This document shows positions 57,113 to 64,000 of a stretch of 64,000 nucleotides of DNA, in pieces. The notes below the pieces were generated by a model. It saw only the letters and a program-made list of their open reading frames with translations, was not told where the DNA came from and ran no database searches. Source of the DNA: an uncultured Holophagales bacterium (GTDB lineage Bacteria; Acidobacteriota; Thermoanaerobaculia; Multivoradales; UBA5704); NCBI GenBank assembly GCA_963741305.1, contig CAVUHL010000003.1, forward strand, positions 4,403,973 through 4,467,972, given 5' to 3'. How positions within the stretch are numbered: position 1 is the first letter of the stretch; each line of letters begins with the position of its first letter. Position numbers and translations under genes: made by a program.

Positions 57113-59776
57113 ATGAATCTTTTCAAAACGATCGCGGCACGCCTGCAAGGCCTGCTCCAGCGCGAGGCGGTCATCGGCGACATCGATGAGGAGATGCGTC
57201 TCCACCTCCAGATGGTCGTGGAGGAGAACATCGAGCGGGGGATGCCGCCCGAGGAGGCGCGGCGCGCCGCTCTCCGTAGCTTCGGCAACCTCGACAAGAA
57301 CAGGGAGAGGGCCTGGGAGGTGCGGGGCGGCGGAGTGATCGAGGCCTTTATGCAAGACGTCCGCTACGGCGCGAGGCTTCTCGCCAGGAACAAGGGCTTT
57401 ACGGCGGTCGCGGTGCTCACCCTTGGTCTGGGGATCGGGGCGAACACGGCCATCTTCTCCGTCGTCAACGAGCTGCTCCTCAACCCGCTGCCCTACCCCG
57501 GCGCGGAGCGGATCGTCATGCTGTGGGAGATCTCCCCGGAGGGCACACACCAGAACCCGACTTCGGCCGCCAACTTCCGGAGCTGGCGCGAGCAAGGCAC
57601 GGTCTTCGAGAGCATGGCGGCGTTCACCGACCGGCGCTTTAACCTGACAGGAAGCGGCGAGCCCGAGGAGGTCCCGGTTCAGCTCGCTACCCCCGAGCTG
57701 TTCCGGGTCCTGGGCGTCAAGCCGTTCCTCGGCCGGGCCTTGACACAGGAGGACGCCCTTCCCGACGCGCCCGACGTAGCCGTCCTGGGCCACGACTTCT
57801 GGCTGAGGCGATTTGGCGGCGACGGTGAGATTGTCGGCAGGCCCATCATGCTCAACGGCTCGCCCTCCACCGTGGTCGGAATCCTCCCTCCCGGCTTCCA
57901 GTGGCACCTCCGGCAGATTTCCAATGTCACGAGGCCTCCCGAGATCTGGGTGGCGCTGACACTGCCCGCGGAAGAGCCCTACTCGCGGGGCCGGTCCCTC
58001 TCGGCCGTGGCGCGCCTCAAGCCCGGCGCCTCCATCACGCAGGCTGAAGCAGAGATGAAAACCATCCATGCCCGCCTCGAGCAGGATTCGCCGAAGTACA
58101 ACAAGGGGACCCGCGCGGAAGTCATCCCGCTGCGCGAGCAGCTCGTCGGCAAGGTCCGGCCCGCGCTGCTTATCCTTTTCGGTGCGGTCGGCTTCGTGCT
58201 GCTGATCGCATGCGCCAATGTCGTCAACCTCCTGCTCTCCCGCGCCGCGGCCCGGGAGAAGGAGATCGTGCTGCGGACAGCGCTCGGCGCGCACCGGGTC
58301 CGGGTGATCCGGCAGCTCCTCACGGAGAGCCTGCTGCTCGCGGCCCTGGGCTGCGCGCTCGGCCTGCTGCTCGCGGCCTGGGGCATCCGGGCGCTCGTGG
58401 CGATCAGCCCGAGCGATCTGGTCAATCTCCAGGGTGTCGGCCTGAATTTTCAGGTGCTCGCGCTGACCGTGTTGGTGTCTCTGGCGACCGGCCTCCTCTT
58501 CGGCCTGGCGCCCGCACTCGAGGCGACGCGCCTGAACCTCGGCGACGCGCTCAAGGAAGGCGGGAAGGGGGCCGGGGGGCACAGCGCCCGGAGCAACCGT
58601 CTCCGCGGAGCCCTCGTGGTCGCGGAGATTGCGCTGGCGCTCGTGCTCCTGGCCGGCGCGGGGCTGCTGATCAAGAGCTTCCTCCGCCTGCAGGGGATCG
58701 ATCCCGGCTTCAAGCAGGACAAGGTGCTGACCATGGTGATGCGCCTGCCGGGCGCCAAGTACACGGAAGACCAGCAGATGGTCGCCTTCTACGGCAAGGT
58801 GGGGGAGCGCCTCCGGGCTCTTCCCGGAGTCCTCGACGCGGGGATGGTCAACTACCTGCCGCTCTACGGCGGGCTCGGCGCCAGGACCAGTTATACCGTC
58901 GAGGGCCGTCCCGCGCCGCCGGATGGCGAGGGCCCCGGCGCCGACGTCCGAGTGACCGACGCGAGCTACTTCCGCACGATGGGCATCCCGCTCCTGCGCG
59001 GCCGCGGCTTCACGGGCTCCGAGACCGCCGAGGCCAGGCACGTCGTCCTCATCAGCGAGTCGATGGCCAAGCAGCACTTCCCCGGAGAAGATCCGATCGG
59101 GAAGCGCATCACGGTCCCGATGTCCGCCGAGCCCATGCCCACGGAGATCATCGGCATCGTCGGCGACGTCCGGTACGAGAGCCTCGTGGACGAAGCGTAC
59201 CCGACCGTCTACATGCCGATTCCGGATCTCATCTACCCATTCATGACCCTCGTCCTCCGCACCGACGGAGATCCCGCGCAGATCGCTCCCGCGGTGCGGA
59301 AAGCACTGCGCGAGATCGACCCGGACCAGCCGGTCTCCGACGTGCGGACGATGGACGAGGTGATGGCCACCACGGTGGGCCGCGCCCGTTTCAATACCTT
59401 GCTGCTCGGGCTCTTCGCGGGCTTGGCGACCCTGCTGGCCGCGATCGGCATCTTCGGCGTGACCCACTATTCGGTGACCCTGCGGACCCGCGAGATCGGA
59501 CTCAGAATGGCGCTCGGCGCGCAGCCGGGCCAGGTTCTGATGCTCATCCTGAGGCAGGGGCTCCTCCTCACCGCCATCGGCATCGCCACCGGCCTCGCCG
59601 GCGCGCTCGCGCTGACACGCGTCATGTCGGGCCTCCTCTTCGGGGTGGGCTCGACAGACCCGGCAACGTTCGCGGCCATCGCGCTGCTTCTCACCTTCGT
59701 GTCCCTGGTCGCCTGTTATCTCCCCGCTCGGCGGGCCACGCGAGTGAGCCCGCTGATCGCGCTGCGTTACGACTGA
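57113..59776 (+). CDS. ADOP-family duplicated FtsX/MacB-type ABC transporter permease
   Basis: Two MacB_PCD + FtsX modules in one 887-aa protein. N-terminal conserved ADOP leader (GDIDEEMRLHLQM...). Classic PadR-ADOP pairing. Confidence 0.8.
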   Translation: MNLFKTIAARLQGLLQREAVIGDIDEEMRLHLQMVVEENIERGMPPEEARRAALRSFGNLDKNRERAWEVRGGGVIEAFMQDVRYGARLLARNKGFTAVAVLTLGLGIGANTAIFSVVNELLLNPLPYPGAERIVMLWEISPEGTHQNPTSAANFRSWREQGTVFESMAAFTDRRFNLTGSGEPEEVPVQLATPELFRVLGVKPFLGRALTQEDALPDAPDVAVLGHDFWLRRFGGDGEIVGRPIMLNGSPSTVVGILPPGFQWHLRQISNVTRPPEIWVALTLPAEEPYSRGRSLSAVARLKPGASITQAEAEMKTIHARLEQDSPKYNKGTRAEVIPLREQLVGKVRPALLILFGAVGFVLLIACANVVNLLLSRAAAREKEIVLRTALGAHRVRVIRQLLTESLLLAALGCALGLLLAAWGIRALVAISPSDLVNLQGVGLNFQVLALTVLVSLATGLLFGLAPALEATRLNLGDALKEGGKGAGGHSARSNRLRGALVVAEIALALVLLAGAGLLIKSFLRLQGIDPGFKQDKVLTMVMRLPGAKYTEDQQMVAFYGKVGERLRALPGVLDAGMVNYLPLYGGLGARTSYTVEGRPAPPDGEGPGADVRVTDASYFRTMGIPLLRGRGFTGSETAEARHVVLISESMAKQHFPGEDPIGKRITVPMSAEPMPTEIIGIVGDVRYESLVDEAYPTVYMPIPDLIYPFMTLVLRTDGDPAQIAPAVRKALREIDPDQPVSDVRTMDEVMATTVGRARFNTLLLGLFAGLATLLAAIGIFGVTHYSVTLRTREIGLRMALGAQPGQVLMLILRQGLLLTAIGIATGLAGALALTRVMSGLLFGVGSTDPATFAAIALLLTFVSLVACYLPARRATRVSPLIALRYD

Positions 59777-59789
59777 GAGGAACACACCT

Positions 59790-61088
59790 ATGAAAAGCTT
59801 TCTTCTAGCCGTCGTGGTGACGACAGCAACCCTGTCCGTCGCAGCACAACAGCCGGTGGCCGACCACCATACTCACCTGATGAGCCCGACCGCCGTGAAG
59901 CTGGTCAACGACCCGCCTCTTCCGGGGATTGCTCTGCCCGAGGACCTCGCCCGCCTGCTCCGCGCAAAAGAGAAAGGCTGGAACGACAAGGCGGCCCTCA
60001 CCGCTCTCTACACGGAAGACAGCCTTATCTTCGATTTCCGTGAAACCCGCTGGATCCAGGGCCGCGATGAGGTCACCACCTTCATGGCCTCAAACTTCGC
60101 CCGGCCCTTTCGGATAACCCCGGTCTCTTACGGAGTGGATGGCAGATCCGGCCACATCGCCGTTTATTTCACCCGCGGTGAAGGGGACGCCGCCAAGCAC
60201 TTCGGGCAGGGTCTCTTCACTTTGCGGAAAAGCGACGACGGTGCTTGGCGGATCGCGGCTGAATATCCCACCTTTCCGGGTCCCCAGCTCCGCGAGCCGA
60301 CCACGGCCGAGCAGCTCGTCGCGCAGTTGGATGAGGCCGGCATCAAGCGCGGAGCGGTGCTTTCGTCCGCCTACTGGCACGGCAGTCCGCTGATGCGGAA
60401 GATCGGCGGCGACGAATACGCGAACGTCAAGGCGGAGAACGACTGGACCGTTCAGGAAGTCTCGCGCGTCCCGGACCGCCTTGTCGCCTTCTGCAGCTTC
60501 AACCCCCTGAAAGACTACGCCCTCCAGGAGATCGAGCGCTGCGCAAAGCTCCCTCACGTCAAGGGCTTCAAGCTGCACCTCGGCAACTCGGGCGTGGAGG
60601 TGCTGAACCCGGAGCACGCGGAGAAGGCCCGCCGGGTCTTTGCCGCGATAAACGAGCGCCGCCTCGCGATCGTCGTCCACCTGTGGACGCTGGAAGAGGC
60701 CTATGGCCGCAAGCACGCCGAGGCCTTCCTGAGCCAGATCCTTTCGGCCGCGCCGGACATCCCGGTCCAGATCGCGCACTTCGCCGGCGGCGGCCCCGGC
60801 TACACCGACGAAGCCCTGGAGGTCTACGCGGAAGCCATCGCAAAGGGCGACCCGCGGACGAAAAACCTTTACTTCGATTTCGCCACCGTTGCAGACGGCC
60901 AGTCGAAGGAAGTCCTGCAGAAGCTCGCCGAGCGCATCCGTCAGGTCGGACCTGGCCGTGTCCTCTACGGCACCGACCTCGGTCCCCCGGCGGCGCGCCA
61001 GTCCTGGCTGAACTTCCGGATGACGGTGCCGCTGACGGACGAAGAGTTCAAGACGATCGCAGGGAACGTGGCGCCGTACTTCCGCTAG
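59790..61088 (+). CDS. Secreted SnoaL-like N-terminal domain + amidohydrolase-2 (TIM-barrel metal-dependent hydrolase) protein
   Basis: Signal peptide. N-terminal NTF2-like ~150 aa. C-terminal amidohydrolase blocks (VVHLW..., HFAGGGPGY, LYGTDL). Confidence 0.6.
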   Translation: MKSFLLAVVVTTATLSVAAQQPVADHHTHLMSPTAVKLVNDPPLPGIALPEDLARLLRAKEKGWNDKAALTALYTEDSLIFDFRETRWIQGRDEVTTFMASNFARPFRITPVSYGVDGRSGHIAVYFTRGEGDAAKHFGQGLFTLRKSDDGAWRIAAEYPTFPGPQLREPTTAEQLVAQLDEAGIKRGAVLSSAYWHGSPLMRKIGGDEYANVKAENDWTVQEVSRVPDRLVAFCSFNPLKDYALQEIERCAKLPHVKGFKLHLGNSGVEVLNPEHAEKARRVFAAINERRLAIVVHLWTLEEAYGRKHAEAFLSQILSAAPDIPVQIAHFAGGGPGYTDEALEVYAEAIAKGDPRTKNLYFDFATVADGQSKEVLQKLAERIRQVGPGRVLYGTDLGPPAARQSWLNFRMTVPLTDEEFKTIAGNVAPYFR

Positions 61089-61331
61089 GGCAACCCCGAG
61101 CCCCGTTCAGCCCCGAGGGGCGATGGACGGGCGAGGCTAGTACACTGTCACGCCGGAAAAGATGGGTCATCCTTCTGTAGGGGCACCTCTTGTGGGTGCC
61201 CTCCGGAGGGCGGCCACAAGAGCCGCCCCTACATGAAACGCTATCCGTCACTCGGACTGTGACGAGACACTAGTCGTCTGATTAGGCAGACTTCTGGACA
61301 AACAGGACACGTTTTTTGATAGGTTTTATCG

Positions 61332-61877
61332 CTATGCAGCCTTCTTCTTGTCGGAAGGAAATGCCGCGGTGATGAGAGTATCGAGCTCATGGTCGACTCT
61401 GGCGAAAGCCCGCGAGAGTTTTGGCCAGAGCGTCGATCGGTTGTACCTGAACGGGTCGATCGCAGCCGCGACAACCGGCTGCCCGGGTGGCACGCTCGCT
61501 ATAGCAGCCGCAACGGCGTTGTTGTCTCGATCTTGAAGGCAATAGAGGGCAGCCTCGTGGCCCTTGCAAAACTCCTTCTGCCCGCTACCAGCCTCGATAG
61601 AAGCCTCGAGAACCATGCCCTTTGGAAGTACCATGCCCGATTTAGAGACCCGTACGTCGTTCTTGAGTCTGGCGAATTCTACTTCCGAACGTTCGAATTG
61701 CGAGTATAGAACCTCGCCCGTGCCTACCTCGCTTTCGGTTTCCAGCGGTGGAACGGAACCTTTGTTGACCCGCGTTACGTCATCCCCCGATGCAGGCCTC
61801 GTAATCAACAATGCAAGAGCCACAACGACTGAAGCCGCAGCATTTCGAGACATCATGCAATTCCTTACCAGCATCAA
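61332..61877 (-). CDS. Hypothetical secreted protein
   Basis: Signal peptide MMSRNAAASVVVALALLITRPASG. Lower GC. No family recognised. Confidence 0.35.
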   Translation of the reverse strand: MMLVRNCMMSRNAAASVVVALALLITRPASGDDVTRVNKGSVPPLETESEVGTGEVLYSQFERSEVEFARLKNDVRVSKSGMVLPKGMVLEASIEAGSGQKEFCKGHEAALYCLQDRDNNAVAAAIASVPPGQPVVAAAIDPFRYNRSTLWPKLSRAFARVDHELDTLITAAFPSDKKKAA

Positions 61878-61949
61878 GCTCTTCTCCCTCGGCGACTAAC
61901 GTTGTATAGCGTCGCACCGTAGTCGTGCGCAAGGCCAAGCCTGCAGTGC

Positions 61950-62297
61950 TTACTTGTGGATATCAAAGCGCCTGATCAAACCGTCCTCGATCTGGAAAAC
62001 ATGTTCGGCCTTCTCGTCGAACAACACGTTCCCGCTGAGATCGCGCGCGGTCAGATGAACCTCGACGTAGCCTGTTCCATCCTCGCCGATCGAAAAGCTG
62101 ATTGGCTCCGCGCGTGAGTCCATCATCGCCCATTGTCGCGTCCAGTACTCGCGGACGCCGTCGTGCCCATGGACATGCCCGCCCTCCAGCCCGTTGGCCC
62201 ACATGACTTCCGGGTGCATTGCCGCCAACGCCGCTTCCATGTCGCGGGCATTGAAATGGGCGTACAGACGCTCGAGAAATTCTATGTCGCTACGCAT
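61950..62297 (-). CDS. SnoaL-like / NTF2-fold small protein
   Basis: 115 aa. Conserved acidic residues and aromatic pocket typical of ketosteroid-isomerase-like proteins. Confidence 0.5.
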   Translation of the reverse strand: MRSDIEFLERLYAHFNARDMEAALAAMHPEVMWANGLEGGHVHGHDGVREYWTRQWAMMDSRAEPISFSIGEDGTGYVEVHLTARDLSGNVLFDEKAEHVFQIEDGLIRRFDIHK

Positions 62298-62500
62298 AGC
62301 GCGCTCCTTGGGCCGGCCTTGATCACCGTGCCCGATCTGGAGATCTCACCCCCGCAGGCAATCAGCTCTCGCCCTCCGTCCCCGCGCGATGCCAGACACG
62401 TTCGCACTGCTGCCGTTGGCGGGCACACACAGTCGGCCGCGGCCGCGACGAGAGGAAACGCCAACATGAGGAGAAGGGAATTGGGCGCCAGGTTCTTCAT
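62282..62500 (-). CDS. Small secreted Cys-containing hypothetical protein
   Basis: Signal peptide MKNLAPNSLLLMLAFPLVAAAA. 72 aa. Overlaps the downstream gene's start by 16 nt. Weak call. Confidence 0.25.
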   Translation of the reverse strand: MKNLAPNSLLLMLAFPLVAAAADCVCPPTAAVRTCLASRGDGGRELIACGGEISRSGTVIKAGPRSALCVAT

Positions 62501-62580
62501 CGCTTGAGGTTGCTCCTGGCCTGATCTTACCCTGAACACCTCAACAGGGCTCTACAGATGGGCATCGCCTGACAGGGGAG

Positions 62581-63318
62581 GGTCATCCGGGCAGCTGCCC
62601 GGATGACTTGGGCTGCTACCCGGATGACTTGGGCAGTTGCCCGGATGATTTGGGCAGCTGCCCGGATGACTTGGGCAGCTGCCCGGATGATTTGAGCAGT
62701 TGCCCGGATGATTTGGGCAGCTGCCCGGATGACTTGGGCAGCTGCCCGGATGACTTGGGAAGCTGCCCGGATGATTTGGGCAGCCGCCCGGATGACTTGG
62801 GCAGCTGCCCGGATGATTTGGGCAGCTGCCCGGATGACTTGGGCAGCTGCCCGGATGACTTGGGCAGCTACCCGGATGACTTGGGCAGCTGCCCGGATGA
62901 CTTGGGCAGGTGCCCGGATGACTTGGGCAGCTACCCGGATGACTTGGGCAGGTGCCCGGATGATTTGGGCAGCTGCCCGGATGACTTGGGCAGGTGCCCG
63001 GATGACTTGGGCAGGTGCCCGGATGACTTGGGCAGCTGCCCGGATGACTTGGGCAGCTGCCCGGATGACTTGGGCAGCTGCCCGGATGACTTGGGCAGCT
63101 ACCCGGATGACTTGGGCAGCTACCCGGATGACTTGGGCAGCTACCCGGATGACTTGGGCAGCTACCCGGATGACTTGGGCAGCTACCCGGATGACTTGGG
63201 CAGCTGCCCAGATGACTTGGGCAGCTGCCCGGATCATCCGGGAAGGTTCCCGAATCGTCCGGGCAACCCCTAAAACTTTTTAGGCAACTTCCCGGGTCGT
63301 CCGGGCAACTGCCCGTAC
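62581..63318. repeat. Near-perfect tandem array of ~34 copies of the 21-bp unit GGCAGCTGCCCGGATGACTTG; each unit forms a GCTGCCC/GGGCAGC hairpin
   Basis: Exact 21-bp period over ~660 bp. Only sporadic point variants (GAC/GAT, AGC/AGT/AGG, TGC/TAC/CGC). Degenerate tail at 63240-63318 ends in CCTAAAACTTTTTAGG. Confidence 0.95.
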
Positions 63319-63362
63319 CAAAGCCGGCGGGACGCCGGCCTCCCAGGGAATGCAGGAGCCAG

Positions 63363-63644
63363 CTACCCGCCGCTTACAGCGGGCAGGATGTAGATCTCCG
63401 CGCCGTCGCGCACCGGAGCGTCGAGGTCCCCGGAGTCGCGGATGTTCAGACCGTCTACGAAGATGTTGACGTGGGGCCGTACTTCTCCAAGCTCGGTGAG
63501 CACGCGGTCGCGGACCGCGGGGCAGGAGGCCCAGAGGAGCGACAGCGCCTCACCGACCGAACCGGCTGCGCCTTCGACGCGCACCTCTCCACGATCACCG
63601 GCCAGCTCGCGCAACGGCCCGGGGATCATGAACGTGAAGGCCAT
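63363..63644 (-). CDS. MoaD/ThiS-family sulfur-carrier protein
   Basis: 93 aa, beta-grasp composition, C-terminal Gly-Gly. Confidence 0.7.
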   Translation of the reverse strand: MAFTFMIPGPLRELAGDRGEVRVEGAAGSVGEALSLLWASCPAVRDRVLTELGEVRPHVNIFVDGLNIRDSGDLDAPVRDGAEIYILPAVSGG

Positions 63645-64000
63645 CAGATCCGGACCGCCTTGACCGAGACGACCGGGGGGAGCCCGTCGATGAGCTCGGA
63701 CCAGCTATCCCCCTCGTCGGCCGATCCGTAGAGCTTTCCACTCCGGGTCCCGAAGTAGACCCCCGTCGGAGAGAGCGGATCGACGGCCATGGCATCGCGG
63801 AGCACGGTCTCATAGGCATCGTTCTGCGGCAGACCCTCCGCCATCGCCTCCCAGTTCTTGCCGGCATCCCGCGTCCGGTAGACGCGGAGCTTTCCTTCCG
63901 GTGTGCAGCGGAACTGGTCCGACTCGACCGGCACGATCCAGGCGCAGTCCGGATCTTCCGGATGGATGGACATGCAGAAGCCGAAATCGGAGGGCACTCC
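63644..64000 (-). CDS. 3' part of a gene running off the window edge (BNR/propeller-like hypothetical)
   Basis: Frame is open to the window end. Its stop overlaps the moaD-like start. Repeated SxDxGxxW-like motifs (TRDAGKNWE, SADEGDSWS) suggest BNR/Asp-box repeats. Confidence 0.4.
   Translation of the reverse strand, partial: GVPSDFGFCMSIHPEDPDCAWIVPVESDQFRCTPEGKLRVYRTRDAGKNWEAMAEGLPQNDAYETVLRDAMAVDPLSPTGVYFGTRSGKLYGSADEGDSWSELIDGLPPVVSVKAVRI

Noticed and set aside
57065-59785. 906-aa minus-strand ORF (and 58210..59793 plus alt-frame ORF) across the ADOP permease gene
   Set aside because: Shadow or off-frame ORFs. The plus frame-1 product has the full duplicated FtsX architecture.
62527-63283. 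ORFs 62527..63237(-) (AAQVIRA)n, 62608..63273(+) (CPDDLGS)n and 62708..63283(+) (MTWAAAR)n
   Set aside because: All three are read-throughs of the same 21-bp array. Not annotated as CDS; the plus CPDDLGS frame is kept only as a flagged possibility in the findings.

Overview
This is a high-GC (~68%) bacterial chromosomal segment of about 70 genes. A PadR regulator paired with an ADOP-type duplicated FtsX permease, plus PEP-CTERM/exosortase and PQQ-propeller genes, suggests Acidobacteria; that phylum call is inference. Housekeeping anchors: Lon protease; glnS carrying a GatB/YqeY-like C-terminal domain; myo-inositol-1-phosphate synthase; APC and MFS permeases. Accessory content: BrnT/BrnA and VapB/VapC toxin-antitoxin pairs; an Rpn-family PD-(D/E)xK nuclease; a Kazal-domain secreted protein; two tandem CAP-domain paralogs; a metzincin protease; a VIT-vWA PEP-CTERM protein with its own exosortase and two-component system; a TPR-AAA+ ATPase operon; an ECF sigma factor. 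The most unusual gene is a single 1126-aa ORF (33457..36837, minus strand) fusing an N-terminal TIR domain, a seven-bladed WD40 propeller, a Roc/COR GTPase module, a Zn-ribbon and a C-terminal PD-(D/E)xK-like domain. It has ~55-60% GC, clearly below its neighbours, and is flanked downstream by a repeat array. I read it as a candidate NLR/ROCO-like antiphage defence protein. A second striking feature is four separate intergenic tandem-repeat arrays, all with an exact 21-bp period and each unit containing a short hairpin (3163-3478, 18830-19098, 33040-33455, 62581-63318). There is also a ~65-bp GGGAGAGGGG-containing palindromic element in three copies. No rRNA, tRNA or CRISPR array was recognised. 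Many long ORFs in the six-frame track are antisense or off-frame shadows typical of GC-rich DNA and were rejected.
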